A stretch of 64,000 nt of DNA, taken from NCBI GenBank assembly GCA_902595225.1, contig CACJPG010000001.1:149161-213160 (forward strand). Reading direction: 5' to 3'. The translations under genes and the position numbers were made by a program. Positions within the stretch are counted from its first letter, which is position 1. Each line of letters opens with the position of its first letter. This DNA comes from an uncultured Thiothrix sp. Its GTDB lineage: Bacteria > Pseudomonadota > Gammaproteobacteria > Poriferisulfidales > GCA-002705445. This document shows positions 1-10,676 of the stretch, in pieces. Below the pieces are notes generated by a model. The model searched no databases. It saw nothing but the letters and a program-made list of their open reading frames with translations, and had not been told where the DNA came from.

Positions 1-597
1 GTATGGCAAGGGGTTTTTGATATTAATGGTCATGGTAGATATGATTTTACGGGTCTTATTAACAAAAAGGATGTTACAGCTTTTACAGAAAAGGCAAAAG
101 TTGTTTATAAGGGAAACATAAGTATTAGTGAAGAAAATTTCAAGTGGAATTTATCAATGTACCTAAAAGATGGGACAATGTTTGGAACCGCAGAAATCAA
201 AGGTAAGCTTATAGATTCAAATATTATGAGTGGGACGTGGATAACAGAACCGGCAAAAGATTTTGGAAATATATATTTAATAAAGAATGTTAGTGGTGTT
301 CAAGATACAGGTAATAATATTAATAAAAAATGGGTTTCCTATGATTCAAAGATTAAGAAAAACTTTTATATTAAAAATAATAAAATAAAAGGGAATGATG
401 AAAATGGCTGTAATTATTATGGGTCTGCTGATAAATTAAATAATAAAATTTATTCTATAAACTTGGAAATTGCATCATGCGGCATATCTGATGGAGTGTA
501 CATAGGGATGGCTTATATAGAAGTGGAAGACAGTAAAGAAAAACTAAAAATAAATGCGACAAATAAAAATTTCAGCCTTCTTATGAAATTTAAGTAA
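1..597 (+). CDS. hypothetical protein, 5' end truncated by window edge (frame 1 open from base 1)
   Basis: ORF track 157..597. I translated frame 1 from base 1 and found no stop, so the CDS continues upstream of the window. No recognisable family. Confidence 0.45.
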   Translation, partial: VWQGVFDINGHGRYDFTGLINKKDVTAFTEKAKVVYKGNISISEENFKWNLSMYLKDGTMFGTAEIKGKLIDSNIMSGTWITEPAKDFGNIYLIKNVSGVQDTGNNINKKWVSYDSKIKKNFYIKNNKIKGNDENGCNYYGSADKLNNKIYSINLEIASCGISDGVYIGMAYIEVEDSKEKLKINATNKNFSLLMKFK

Positions 598-598
598 A

Positions 599-1483
599 TT
601 ATTTCTTCTGTGAGATATATACAGATAGCACAACTAAAATTAAAGATAATATAGATAATGTATTAAATTTTTCATTTAAAAAAATTATTCCCGCAAAAAA
701 AGCAAATACAGGAATAGGATAATTTACTAAGCTTAAAAAATTTGGCCCATAATCATGTATTATTTTGTAGTATAAAACTGTAGCAAATGCCGTAGATAAC
801 AATGAAAGTATTGAAATTGCAATTATTGAACTAATTAATATTTCTTCATTAAGATAATATATTTCTTTTCCAGTAAAAGACATTAATAGTAGTTGTAAAG
901 ATGAGAAAATCATTACAACCGCAGATAATGGAATTACATTAACATTTGAAATTTTTTTAACTAGTAAAGCATTTACAGCATAAAAGAAAGCACTAATTAT
1001 TACAGCAGCTTTAGCATATATGTTTCCAAATATATTTACATCTTCATTATTATTTATTAGTAAAATAAATAAACCACACAATCCTAATATAAAGCCTAAT
1101 ATTTTATTAAATGATAGATTTTCGTATTTAAAAAAATAATGAGAACCTATAATAGTAAATAAAGGCATAAAACCTATAAGAATACCGGTTTCACTACTAC
1201 TAATTGTTGTTTGCGCCCAACTTATCAAAAAAAATGGTATTGTGGTTCCTGTTAAACCTAAAATAAATAATAAAATAAAATTTTTCTTTATAAAATTAAA
1301 TTTATAGCCCATCAATAACGCATAAATAAGTAAAAATATTGATGCAAAAAAAACTCTAAAAAAAGCTATTTGTATTGGGCTAAATGAATTTAATGAAAGC
1401 TCAATAAGTAGAAATGCGCTTCCAAACAGCACCACAAGTATTGTAAAAAATGACCATTTTATGAAATTATCGGCTAAATACAT
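599..1483 (-). CDS. EamA/DMT-superfamily permease (10-TM drug/metabolite transporter)
   Basis: 294 aa, highly hydrophobic, two-fold repeated 5-TM pattern typical of EamA domains. Confidence 0.75.
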   Translation of the reverse strand: MYLADNFIKWSFFTILVVLFGSAFLLIELSLNSFSPIQIAFFRVFFASIFLLIYALLMGYKFNFIKKNFILLFILGLTGTTIPFFLISWAQTTISSSETGILIGFMPLFTIIGSHYFFKYENLSFNKILGFILGLCGLFILLINNNEDVNIFGNIYAKAAVIISAFFYAVNALLVKKISNVNVIPLSAVVMIFSSLQLLLMSFTGKEIYYLNEEILISSIIAISILSLLSTAFATVLYYKIIHDYGPNFLSLVNYPIPVFAFFAGIIFLNEKFNTLSILSLILVVLSVYISQKK

Positions 1484-1955
1484 GAATTATAATGAATAAT
1501 ATTACACCAGAAAATACTCCTGCAACTATATCGTCTAATAATACACCAAGAGGATTTTTCATTTTCGTATCAATTAAAGAGATTGGGTAAGGTTTTAAAA
1601 TGTCGAAAATTCTGAATAGTGTAAAACCCAAAACTATTGTATAAAAGTTATAATCAAAGAAGATCATGAAGCATAAAAATCCTATAATCTCATCTATAAC
1701 AATTGAGCCGTCATCAATATTTTTAAAAAACTTTTTTGCATACGAATATTGCAAAAGATATAAAGAAAGAAAAAATAATATCAAAAGGAATATTATTTTT
1801 AAAAGAGTATCATATTGAAATAATAATAAATATATAGGAATAGCTAATAAAGTCCCGAAAGTCCCTGGTGCATATTTAATTTTTCCAATATAAAATCCTG
1901 TCAGTATAAAATTAATCATTTTTTTTAAAGTGCTCAAATTCTTTATTAATATCAA
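1467..1955 (-). CDS. pgpA: phosphatidylglycerophosphatase A
   Basis: GTFGTLLAIP ... DILKPYPIS ... LDDIVAGVFSG motifs characteristic of PgpA. Confidence 0.8.
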   Translation of the reverse strand: MILIKNLSTLKKMINFILTGFYIGKIKYAPGTFGTLLAIPIYLLLFQYDTLLKIIFLLILFFLSLYLLQYSYAKKFFKNIDDGSIVIDEIIGFLCFMIFFDYNFYTIVLGFTLFRIFDILKPYPISLIDTKMKNPLGVLLDDIVAGVFSGVILFIIIHVFSR

Positions 1956-2844
1956 TATTTACGATATTAGAGTCATATTGAAAATGAATTCTATCCTCAT
2001 TACTTAAGGATCCTATCTCTGTAATATCAATAGAAAGTTGTTTGCATATATTTTTAATTTTAACTGAATTTGATGGATTAATTGTAAAGATAAGTTCATA
2101 ATCTTCTCCGTAACTTAAAACATCATCCCATTTTATATTTTTATCTAAAATTTGTTTTTTTATATTTTCATTTATACAAACTTTTTCAAGATCTATACTT
2201 GCTCCAAGGTTACTTTTTTTACATATATTTTTAAGAGATTTTAATAGTCCGTCTGACATATCTGTACAGGCTGAGGCATAGTCTGTTAAAATTTTTCCAA
2301 GCTGGTTTCTATCCTTGTGCAAGAAATATTCATTCTTTTGATGTGAATTAAGCATTTCTCCTACATTCCCAGAGATATAAATTAAATCGTCTTTTTGTGC
2401 ATCTGTCGTTAACATATAATTGTTTGAAACCGCATAACCAATTAATGTCATAGTAATACTAGTCTCTCCTTTAGTTGTATCACCACCTAGTATTGTAATT
2501 GAAAAATTTTTAAATACATCGTTATATCCTTCCGTAAGCTTATGTATGAAATCATAAGTTGGTGTATTTAAACTAAGATTTATCAATGCGAATGCTGGTT
2601 CAGCTCCCATTGTTGAAAGATCGCTTATATTTGATATAGCAGATATGTAACCAAGTTCATATGGTGTGATATTAGATTTAAAGTGAGTATTTATATTCAT
2701 TGTATCTGTTGTTATAACAATATTTTTATCCTGTTTTGGATATAATACGCTTGTATCTTCACCAATAGGCACTATAACTTCTTCTCTAAATGAATTTTTA
2801 TTAGATACTAGGTCAATAATCTGTTCTTCAGTTATTTTTTTCAT
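1912..2844 (-). CDS. thiL: thiamine-monophosphate kinase
   Basis: PurM-like fold, N-terminal GEDTSVL and ITTDTM motifs. Same position after nusB as in other bacteria. Confidence 0.85.
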   Translation of the reverse strand: MKKITEEQIIDLVSNKNSFREEVIVPIGEDTSVLYPKQDKNIVITTDTMNINTHFKSNITPYELGYISAISNISDLSTMGAEPAFALINLSLNTPTYDFIHKLTEGYNDVFKNFSITILGGDTTKGETSITMTLIGYAVSNNYMLTTDAQKDDLIYISGNVGEMLNSHQKNEYFLHKDRNQLGKILTDYASACTDMSDGLLKSLKNICKKSNLGASIDLEKVCINENIKKQILDKNIKWDDVLSYGEDYELIFTINPSNSVKIKNICKQLSIDITEIGSLSNEDRIHFQYDSNIVNIDINKEFEHFKKND

Positions 2845-3269
2845 TTCTCTATAGTTTCGAAATTATCTAAAAAGGCATTAATGAACTTATAGCTATCTTG
2901 TCCGCCAAATTTCGTGGCTAACTTTATATATTCTGATATCAGTATTTGTTTAGCTATCTTTTTATTGTAAATAATTTCATAGACATAACATCTAATAATA
3001 GATAACTCTACCATGTTGATATTTTTAATATCTATACGAGATTTTTTTTTAATAGAATTATCAATAGTATCTATATTATCTATGACACCTCTAACTATGT
3101 CTCTAAAATAATCACCGTCAGATTTTTCAAAATTTTCATCGGACTCAAAAATTGCCTCTAATTCTGTTATATCACATGGATTTATTGACCATGAATATAT
3201 AGCTTGAAAAGCCAATCTGCGCGACCAAATGTTACGATTTGTGTTTCGCATTGTATCCGTGATTTTCAT
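2841..3269 (-). CDS. nusB: transcription antitermination factor NusB
   Basis: RRLAFQAIYSW signature. ribH-nusB linkage conserved. Confidence 0.85.
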   Translation of the reverse strand: MKITDTMRNTNRNIWSRRLAFQAIYSWSINPCDITELEAIFESDENFEKSDGDYFRDIVRGVIDNIDTIDNSIKKKSRIDIKNINMVELSIIRCYVYEIIYNKKIAKQILISEYIKLATKFGGQDSYKFINAFLDNFETIEK

Positions 3270-3274
3270 TTTTT

Positions 3275-3730
3275 CTATAAAGTTTCAGAAGATAAAAGAA
3301 TTTTAGCAGCATTTGCTACATTAAATCCTATATTTCTATTGTCAGAATGATCAAAATTAATTTGCGACCTTTCTTCTGCTTGCTTTCTATTGTATGCAGT
3401 GACTACACCAAAAAGAACGGGAATTTTACTATGTATATTTAAATTTGCTAGTGCATTTGCGCAAGACCCTGAAATATATTCAAAATGTGCTGTTTCTCCT
3501 TTTATTACACATCCTAGAGTTATTATGCAGTCTACCTTTATTTTACTGCTATTAATTACTTTATTTGCCATAAAAGGAAGTTCGAAAGCTCCAGGAACAT
3601 ATATCGGCTCTATCTCTTCTATAGTTTCAGATTCGCTAATACATTTCACAACACCAGCATATAGATTTTCAACAATGTCAGAATTAAACATTGATTTTAT
3701 ACATAAAATATTTTGAGTTTGATTTGCCAT
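3275..3730 (-). CDS. ribH: 6,7-dimethyl-8-ribityllumazine synthase
   Basis: 151 aa, lumazine synthase fold motifs (GAFELP, TLGCVIKGETAHFEY). Confidence 0.9.
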   Translation of the reverse strand: MANQTQNILCIKSMFNSDIVENLYAGVVKCISESETIEEIEPIYVPGAFELPFMANKVINSSKIKVDCIITLGCVIKGETAHFEYISGSCANALANLNIHSKIPVLFGVVTAYNRKQAEERSQINFDHSDNRNIGFNVANAAKILLSSETL

Positions 3731-3732
3731 AA

Positions 3733-4821
3733 TTATTCAGTTATATATTTTTCAATTTCAAGACCATACCCACCTAAACCATAAAAAGTTTTTGGCGAGC
3801 TTAACAGCTTCATTTTCGTTACACCTAAGTCTGAAAGAATTTGCCCCCCAATACCTAAAGTTCTTCTATCAAAATCTTGAGTTGTATCATTATCTTCTGT
3901 CCTTATCATTTCTATATCTTTGATAATCGAATTAATAGACTCATTCCATCTTAAAATAAGTATTACTCCATTACCTTCTTTATTTATTCTTTGCATTGCA
4001 TTTTTTAAAGGCCATCCTGAATGGTGCGAAGATTGTAAAATATCTTTAATCGTATTTTGAATATGAACGCGGACATAAGTTGAGTTATGTTCTTTCAAAT
4101 TACCCTTTACTAAGGCTACATGCATTGTATTTGAAAGAATATCTTCATAAGAAACTAAATTAAATTCCCCATACTCAGTATTAATTGGACACTCACTGTT
4201 TCGAATTACTGTCTTTTCATGCTTAGTTCTATACTTTATTAAGTCCTCAATAGTTCCTATAAGGATATTATGCTCTTTTGCTATTTCTATTAGCTCAGGA
4301 AGACGCGCCATAGTTCCATCATCACTCATGATTTCTACAATTACAGAAGCTGGCTCAAAACCAGCTAATCTAGCTAAATCACAACCTGCCTCCGTGTGCC
4401 CTGCTCTTGTGAGAACTCCTCCTGGCTGAGACATTACTGGAAAAATATGACCAGGCCTTGATATATCATTTGGTGAGGCATCAGGCATTACAGCTGTTCT
4501 TATTGTGTGTGCTCTATCATAAGCAGATATACCAGTAGTTACGCCCTCTGAGGCCTCGATAGATATAGTAAAATTGGTTTCGTGATTCGAGTCAGTATCG
4601 TTCTTCATCAGAGGTAAATTTAACTGCTTGCATCTTTCACGAGTTAAAGTTAGACATATTAAACCTCTTGCATATTTACTCATAAAATTAATATCTTCAG
4701 GAGTAACTTTACTTGCAGCCATAATGAAATCTCCTTCATTTTCACGACTTTCGTCATCGACAATAAGGACCATTTTCCCTTTTTTTAGTTCTTTTATAAT
4801 ATCTTCAGTCTTTGCTAACAT
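3733..4821 (-). CDS. ribB: 3,4-dihydroxy-2-butanone-4-phosphate synthase fused to a degenerate GTP-cyclohydrolase-II-like domain (RibBX-type)
   Basis: N-terminal DHBP synthase motifs (DDESRENEGD). The C-terminal half aligns to RibA, but the zinc-ligand cysteines (CxxGHxERCDCG region) are replaced by QNTIKDILQSSHHSGW. Confidence 0.85.
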   Translation of the reverse strand: MLAKTEDIIKELKKGKMVLIVDDESRENEGDFIMAASKVTPEDINFMSKYARGLICLTLTRERCKQLNLPLMKNDTDSNHETNFTISIEASEGVTTGISAYDRAHTIRTAVMPDASPNDISRPGHIFPVMSQPGGVLTRAGHTEAGCDLARLAGFEPASVIVEIMSDDGTMARLPELIEIAKEHNILIGTIEDLIKYRTKHEKTVIRNSECPINTEYGEFNLVSYEDILSNTMHVALVKGNLKEHNSTYVRVHIQNTIKDILQSSHHSGWPLKNAMQRINKEGNGVILILRWNESINSIIKDIEMIRTEDNDTTQDFDRRTLGIGGQILSDLGVTKMKLLSSPKTFYGLGGYGLEIEKYITE

Positions 4822-5427
4822 TTATTTCCTACTTTTTATATCTAATAATTTTTCTATATGTAATGCTAATCGATCTACTTCAATATTCACCATTGTTCCT
4901 ATCTTATAATATTTCATAATAGTATGATCCCATGTAAAAGGAATAATATTTACAAAAAAACCATTATCACTATCCATATTAACAGTTAGACTAACACCAT
5001 CCACACAAATTGAGCCTTTTTTTACAATATATCTTAAATATTTTTTATCATGAAGCTCAAAGCCAACTCTAAAAGAACGTGAGTCTTCTTCAATATTGGT
5101 TACCTGAGCGATGCAATCAACATGTCCACTTACAATATGGCCGCCAAGCTTATCGCTAACAGACAGTGAAGTCTCAATATTCGCTTCATAACCAGTACTT
5201 AACTGAGTGAGAGTTGTAACATCTAATGTTTCATTGGAGATATCTACTGAAAAATTTTCATTAGAAATATTATATGCTGTTAAACATACACCATTTATAG
5301 AAACGCTATCACCCTCGTTTATAGAAGATAAAAATTTTTCATCAATAGAAAAAACAGCTTGGATATCTCCATGATGACTATTAATCTCCTTGACAGTTGC
5401 AATTTCTTGTATAAGACCAGTAAACAT
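4822..5427 (-). CDS. ribE: riboflavin synthase alpha chain
   Basis: MFTGLIQEIATV start, duplicated lumazine-binding repeats. Confidence 0.9.
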   Translation of the reverse strand: MFTGLIQEIATVKEINSHHGDIQAVFSIDEKFLSSINEGDSVSINGVCLTAYNISNENFSVDISNETLDVTTLTQLSTGYEANIETSLSVSDKLGGHIVSGHVDCIAQVTNIEEDSRSFRVGFELHDKKYLRYIVKKGSICVDGVSLTVNMDSDNGFFVNIIPFTWDHTIMKYYKIGTMVNIEVDRLALHIEKLLDIKSRK

Positions 5428-5429
5428 CG

Positions 5430-6521
5430 CTATCTCTTAGGTTTGTACGTAATTTTAACATCATTTAACATATTCGTTACAGAATCTTGATATATTTTTT
5501 TTGTGTTTAAATGCATTTTTTCAATATCTATAGTCTCTAAACCACCATCTCCAACATTCGAAGAAGATTTGTAAAAAATTATCTCATCAAATATATTTTT
5601 GTCTAAAAAACTTGATAATAGCTTTTTTCCTGGTTCTATAAGAAGATTTTTTACATCATAATCTCTTGATAAAATTTTCGTTATAGATTGGATACTTAAT
5701 CCATTTTTATTTGAAACTACTTTTATAAAATCAATATTATTTTTTTTATCAAAACTTGTTTTTATTGAATTAAAAATAATTTTTTTGGTTTTTGTTTTAA
5801 AAACTTTAAATCTTGTTATATCGACAGTAAGATTTGAATCAAGTATAACTATAATTGGATGCCTGATATTCGATTTAATTGATAATTTCTTTTTTGTAAG
5901 CCTTACGTTTAATTTAGGATTATCATTAATAATGGTTTTTGAGCTTACTAATATTGCGCAAGATTGTGCTCGAAGATAATGCCCATCTTCCCTTGAAAAT
6001 TTATTACTAATCCATTTTTTATTTGGGCTTGTAATTTTAGAATCTAAACTTACTGCCTGTTTAATAATTATGTAAGGCCGATTTTTTTCATGTTTTGTAA
6101 TGAAGTCTTTATTTATTTTTACTGCTTCTATCTTACAGGATCCAACATTTACTTTAATACCATTCTTTCTTAGCTCCTTAACCCCCTTGCCTCTCACCTT
6201 TGGATTCGGGTCTAGCATTGCGATTTCAATATTTTTAATTCCTGAATTTATTAAGGTTTTTGTACAAGGTGCTGTCTTTCCATAATGGCAGCATGGCTCA
6301 AGATTAATATACATAATCATCTTATCATTAACTTTTTTTTTGAGATTTTTTAAAGCAAGTATCTCGGCATGCTCCTTGCCTGCCCTCTGATGATATGCTT
6401 TACTTATTATTTTTGAATTTTCTACAATTACACAACCGACATTAGGATTAGGAGGTGCGGTATATTTTCCCTTAGCAGCAAGATCAATTGCGCTTTGCAT
6501 ATAGAAATTTTTACGATTCAT
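5430..6521 (-). CDS. ribD: bifunctional diaminohydroxyphosphoribosylaminopyrimidine deaminase / 5-amino-6-(5-phosphoribosylamino)uracil reductase
   Basis: CMP/dCMP deaminase zinc motif HAEILAL...EPCCHYGKTAPC, followed by a reductase domain. Confidence 0.9.
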   Translation of the reverse strand: MNRKNFYMQSAIDLAAKGKYTAPPNPNVGCVIVENSKIISKAYHQRAGKEHAEILALKNLKKKVNDKMIMYINLEPCCHYGKTAPCTKTLINSGIKNIEIAMLDPNPKVRGKGVKELRKNGIKVNVGSCKIEAVKINKDFITKHEKNRPYIIIKQAVSLDSKITSPNKKWISNKFSREDGHYLRAQSCAILVSSKTIINDNPKLNVRLTKKKLSIKSNIRHPIIVILDSNLTVDITRFKVFKTKTKKIIFNSIKTSFDKKNNIDFIKVVSNKNGLSIQSITKILSRDYDVKNLLIEPGKKLLSSFLDKNIFDEIIFYKSSSNVGDGGLETIDIEKMHLNTKKIYQDSVTNMLNDVKITYKPKR

Positions 6522-7039
6522 TTCTTCTTCTGATTTATTTTTTCGTCTTCAATTAATTTTAACTGAGTTTTCATCATCTCAGGAGTCAAATCCTTTTCAA
6601 TTATCTCAATAATGTCTTGAAATGCTTGAAGATCCTCAAAGCTATGATAAACAGAAGCAAAACGAATGTATGCAACTTGATCAATTTCTCGTAGTTCTTG
6701 CATAACCATCAGACCAATTTGCGACGATACAATTTCTTTTTCAGTATGCGCCTTAAGCTTATTGATAATATTTTGGATTGCAACGTCTATAGAATCATCA
6801 TTAACAGATCTTTTATTTAAAGCTCTCAAAAAGCCGCGTTCAATTTTCTTCTCAGAGAAATCCTCTCTAGAATTATCTTTTTTTATTACTCTCGGCAGAT
6901 TTAAGTCAGCGCTTTCCATCGTTGACCAGCGATTGCCACAACTTGGGCATTCCCTTCTTCTTTTGACCTGCGAATTATCAGCAGTCAGTCTTGAGTCTAT
7001 AACTTTTGTATCTGAAAAATTACAAAATGGGCAATGCAT
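6518..7039 (-). CDS. nrdR: transcriptional repressor NrdR
   Basis: MHCPFCNFSDTKVIDSR zinc ribbon followed by an ATP-cone. Confidence 0.9.
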   Translation of the reverse strand: MHCPFCNFSDTKVIDSRLTADNSQVKRRRECPSCGNRWSTMESADLNLPRVIKKDNSREDFSEKKIERGFLRALNKRSVNDDSIDVAIQNIINKLKAHTEKEIVSSQIGLMVMQELREIDQVAYIRFASVYHSFEDLQAFQDIIEIIEKDLTPEMMKTQLKLIEDEKINQKKK

Positions 7040-7055
7040 TAAATAAACTCATAGT

Positions 7056-8342
7056 TTATGCTGCTGATACCGCATTTAGCGCAACAGATTTAGCATAAAC
7101 AGGATGCTTTCTGCAAAGATCTATCACCTTTTTCTTTACAGAATTGATAACTTCTTCGTTATCAAGATTTTCAATTACGTCACACATCCAGTTTGTGAGC
7201 TCTATACACTCAGCTTCTTTAAAGCCTCTTGTTGTAGGAGCCGGTGTACCTACACGAATTCCACTTGTCACAAAAGGTGATTGAGGATCATTCGGTACTG
7301 AGTTTTTATTTACTGTGATATTTGCTCTTCCCAAAGCAGCATCGACATCTTTACCAGTAATACCCTTTTCAATAAAATCGACTAAAAATAAATGATCGTC
7401 TGTTCCGCCAGATACTACTTTAAAACCTCTTTTAATGAATTGATCAGCCATTGCAGAAGCATTTTTTAATATCTGTTGTTGATACTCTTTAAACTCAGGC
7501 TGAAGAGCTTCTTTAAAAGCTACTGCCTTAGCAGCAATAACATGCATTAGAGGCCCACCTTGAGTTCCGGGAAATACCATAGAATTTATTTTCTTTTCAA
7601 TTTCTTCATTTGCTTTACAAATAATTATTCCACCTCTTGGTCCTCGTAAACTTTTATGGGTTGTTGATGTTACAATATCAGCATAAGGAACTGGACTTGG
7701 ATAAACACCACCTGCAACAAGACCTGAGATATGAGCCATATCGACAAAGAAATATGCCCCAACTGAATCAGCTATATCTCTAAATCTTTGCCAATTCAAA
7801 ACTCTTGAGTACGCTGAAAAACCTGCAATAATCATTTTAGGCTTATGTTCTTTCGCTAAAGCTTCAACTTGATCATAATCAATTTCACCTGTCTCAGGAT
7901 TTAAGCCATACTGTACAGCGTTGTAAATTTTTCCTGAAAAGTTAACTTTTGAACCATGTGTTAAGTGCCCACCATGAGCTAGACTCATTCCAAGGATGGT
8001 GTCATGGGGTTGAAGTAAAGCCATGAATACTGCAGCATTCGCTTGCGAGCCTGAGTGGGGTTGAACATTAGCATAGTCTGCCCCGTACAACTCTTTTAAA
8101 CGGTCAATAGCTAGTTGTTCTGCTACGTCAACATATTCACAACCACCATAGTATCTCTTGCCAGGATAACCTTCTGCGTACTTATTTGTTAAAACAGAAC
8201 CTTGAGCCTCAATCACTCTAGGGCTTGCGTAATTCTCTGAAGCAATAAGCTCAATATGCTCTTCTTGCCTCTTAATCTCATCATTTATAGCTTTTGATAA
8301 TTCTGGGTCAAAGCTTTCGATTGTCATATCTTCGTTAAACAT
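7056..8342 (-). CDS. glyA: serine hydroxymethyltransferase
   Basis: 428 aa, PLP-lysine region [12 protein letters not shown], full-length homology to GlyA. Confidence 0.95.
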   Translation of the reverse strand: MFNEDMTIESFDPELSKAINDEIKRQEEHIELIASENYASPRVIEAQGSVLTNKYAEGYPGKRYYGGCEYVDVAEQLAIDRLKELYGADYANVQPHSGSQANAAVFMALLQPHDTILGMSLAHGGHLTHGSKVNFSGKIYNAVQYGLNPETGEIDYDQVEALAKEHKPKMIIAGFSAYSRVLNWQRFRDIADSVGAYFFVDMAHISGLVAGGVYPSPVPYADIVTSTTHKSLRGPRGGIIICKANEEIEKKINSMVFPGTQGGPLMHVIAAKAVAFKEALQPEFKEYQQQILKNASAMADQFIKRGFKVVSGGTDDHLFLVDFIEKGITGKDVDAALGRANITVNKNSVPNDPQSPFVTSGIRVGTPAPTTRGFKEAECIELTNWMCDVIENLDNEEVINSVKKKVIDLCRKHPVYAKSVALNAVSAA

Positions 8343-8380
8343 TATATCTCCTTACTCCATGTAATAAAAAAATTTATCGA

Positions 8381-8758
8381 TTAAGCGTCATTTTCCGCTA
8401 GTGTATTGAGTATGTCAACAATCACGGGGTTTGAACCAAAATATGGTAGAGATTTAATAGAAATATCAGAATATTTTGCCTTTTCCTCGTCAACGATTGT
8501 TGGAATATCCTCTAATACATGCCTTCCTGCAGCTAAAAAGTAAGGCATAATTAGAATTTCTGAGGCCTCATTTGCAATACAGGACTGAATACCCTCTGGT
8601 ATTGAAGGTTTTGCTAGCTCTAGGAAACAAGCTTCAACTATATCGAACGAATTAGTCTTATGAGAAATATTCTCGGCAAGCTGAAAAATCTCGTTATTTG
8701 ACTCGTCCTTCCTGCTACCATGAGCAACAATAAGTAAAGCTTTATGTTTATTTTTCAA
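8381..8758 (-). CDS. CbiX(S)-like small sirohydrochlorin chelatase-domain protein
   Basis: 125 aa. LLIVAHGSR ... FLELAKPSI ... PYFLAAGRH pattern of the half-size CbiX/SirB chelatase family. Confidence 0.6.
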   Translation of the reverse strand: MKNKHKALLIVAHGSRKDESNNEIFQLAENISHKTNSFDIVEACFLELAKPSIPEGIQSCIANEASEILIMPYFLAAGRHVLEDIPTIVDEEKAKYSDISIKSLPYFGSNPVIVDILNTLAENDA

Positions 8759-9468
8759 TTACTTACACCTCTAATTTCGTTTATATTATCAATTGAATCT
8801 ATGCTTATTCCTGGATCACTCTTTGCTAAATAAGCATGTATTTTAAAGTTATTGTCTACAAATCTATACTGTTCAAGACTTAAACTAATTTCATTATTTG
8901 ATTGTGGTAATTTCTTATATAAAATCAAGTCACTGACGTGATACGCGTATATCCCTATATGCTTGAAAAGTTTATCTTTGATATCTTCGCCTACATCTCT
9001 GTAAAATTTAATATTTTGGCTAATTGAAATTTTTACAGTATTTTTGTCTTTATTTAGCTTCGAATCACTTAAGGGGTAATATAGAGTTGAAAGACCCTCT
9101 AAGTTTTGTGCTGAAGCAGCCAAAAAATCAATATTATCGTGCATTAAAAAGGGTTGATCTGCCTGAACATTAATAACTAAAGTATTGTGATTCCAATTCA
9201 ATGATTCTGCTAGTTCTGCAATTCTCTCAGTTCCATTATTATTTGCGCTTGATGTTAAATAAACATTATTGGTAAATTTCTTGGATGCATCATATACTTT
9301 CTGACTATCCGTAGCAATATAAACAGCACTTGCCTTACTTTTTTTTGCATTATTAAAAACATTCTCTAGCATAGAAATGTTATTGATTTTTTCAAGAACT
9401 TTTCCAGGAAATCTTGACGAATCAAACCTCGCGGGAATAACAACGAAAAAGTCTTTTGAGTTAATCAT
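8755..9468 (-). CDS. kdsB: 3-deoxy-manno-octulosonate cytidylyltransferase (CMP-KDO synthetase)
   Basis: [16 protein letters not shown]-terminus. Sits in the lpxK-ycaR-kdsB arrangement also found in E. coli. Confidence 0.85.
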   Translation of the reverse strand: MINSKDFFVVIPARFDSSRFPGKVLEKINNISMLENVFNNAKKSKASAVYIATDSQKVYDASKKFTNNVYLTSSANNNGTERIAELAESLNWNHNTLVINVQADQPFLMHDNIDFLAASAQNLEGLSTLYYPLSDSKLNKDKNTVKISISQNIKFYRDVGEDIKDKLFKHIGIYAYHVSDLILYKKLPQSNNEISLSLEQYRFVDNNFKIHAYLAKSDPGISIDSIDNINEIRGVSN

Positions 9469-9674
9469 TTTTTTAAAAATAATCCCTTAAACTTTTCATA
9501 TTCATCAGGGTCAATTTCTCTTGCCTCAGACTCAAGCATTATAGGAATGTCGTCCTTTATTTTATAAGCTAATCTTGCTGGCAAAGATATTAACTCTTCA
9601 GATTCCTTATTATAATAAAGTTTACTTTTCGTTACAGGGCAAACTAAAATATCTAATAATTTTCTCGTAATCAA
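9465..9674 (-). CDS. ycaR: Trm112/YcaR (UPF0434) family small protein
   Basis: 69 aa, [13 protein letters not shown] motif. Sits between lpxK and kdsB. Confidence 0.7.
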   Translation of the reverse strand: MITRKLLDILVCPVTKSKLYYNKESEELISLPARLAYKIKDDIPIMLESEAREIDPDEYEKFKGLFLKK

Positions 9675-9677
9675 TTT

Positions 9678-10676
9678 TTACACCTTCAATAATTCAGTTA
9701 TCTTGTCATTCAACATTATTTTAATATCATTATCAACATTAATTTTCGTTGGGAGATAATAAGTATTCTTTAGAGAATACTTTGATGCTTTGATGAAATC
9801 TTTTTCTGTCATAATAATTTTATAATCGTCTTCAAATCTAAAATCGTCTGCTTGAAATATGTAATGATCAGGATAAATATGTGTTATTAAATCTATATTA
9901 AGTCTATTTAAATATTTTATAAGTAAATCCGGATTTGCTATTGCTGTAACAAGATGCATAGTGGTTCCACTTATGTCCAGTATATCTATTTCTTTAGTAT
10001 TTGTTGAGTCTTTAACAACTGAAAGATCATAACTAAAACCTAATAAGTTTGATTTTTTATTTTTATTAACAATAACATTTTCATATCTTTTAATAGACGA
10101 CGGAGGCTCTCTTAAAGGCCCAGCCGGCAATAATAAACCATTTCCAAAAGGCCTATTTTCTTTAACAATAACAAGATTAAGATCTCTTTTTAAATTATAA
10201 TGCGAAAGTCCATCATCAGATATAATTATATCAAGATCAAATTGTTTAACTAAATACTCGTAAGCTTTTTTTCTATCTTTACATTTGCAGACTATAGCTT
10301 TTGAACTTTTTTTTATAAGTATTGCTTCATCACCTACATCCTCAACTTTTGCTCCATCTCCAACTATTTGGAGGTCATATGGATTATTTGTTTTATAGCC
10401 CCCAGATATAACTCCAATCTTGTATTTTCTAGAAGTTAAATGGTTACATAACCATATTACTAACGAAGTTTTACCAGTTCCACCAACAGTTAAATTGCCA
10501 ATAACTATAACTGGTATGGTATTTATTTTATTATTTGAAAAAAAGACTCTTTTAATAAGGTTTATAAAGAAATATATTATTGATAAGGGGATTAATAATA
10601 TATTTAAAATGTATATCCTATCTAATGAATATAAGTAATACTTGCTTAAGACTGGGAGTTTTGATTTTTTAAACAC
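9678..10676 (-). CDS. lpxK: tetraacyldisaccharide 4'-kinase
   Basis: Walker A GNLTVGGTGKT, ~330 aa, adjacent to msbA. Confidence 0.85.
   Translation of the reverse strand: MFKKSKLPVLSKYYLYSLDRIYILNILLIPLSIIYFFINLIKRVFFSNNKINTIPVIVIGNLTVGGTGKTSLVIWLCNHLTSRKYKIGVISGGYKTNNPYDLQIVGDGAKVEDVGDEAILIKKSSKAIVCKCKDRKKAYEYLVKQFDLDIIISDDGLSHYNLKRDLNLVIVKENRPFGNGLLLPAGPLREPPSSIKRYENVIVNKNKKSNLLGFSYDLSVVKDSTNTKEIDILDISGTTMHLVTAIANPDLLIKYLNRLNIDLITHIYPDHYIFQADDFRFEDDYKIIMTEKDFIKASKYSLKNTYYLPTKINVDNDIKIMLNDKITELLKV

Noticed and set aside
3390-3716. 108-aa ORF antisense to ribH, and similar 60-113-aa antisense ORFs inside ccmB, recR, dnaX, icd and other genes
   Set aside because: All are embedded antisense in well-supported genes and have low-complexity composition. 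I judge them spurious products of AT-rich sequence.
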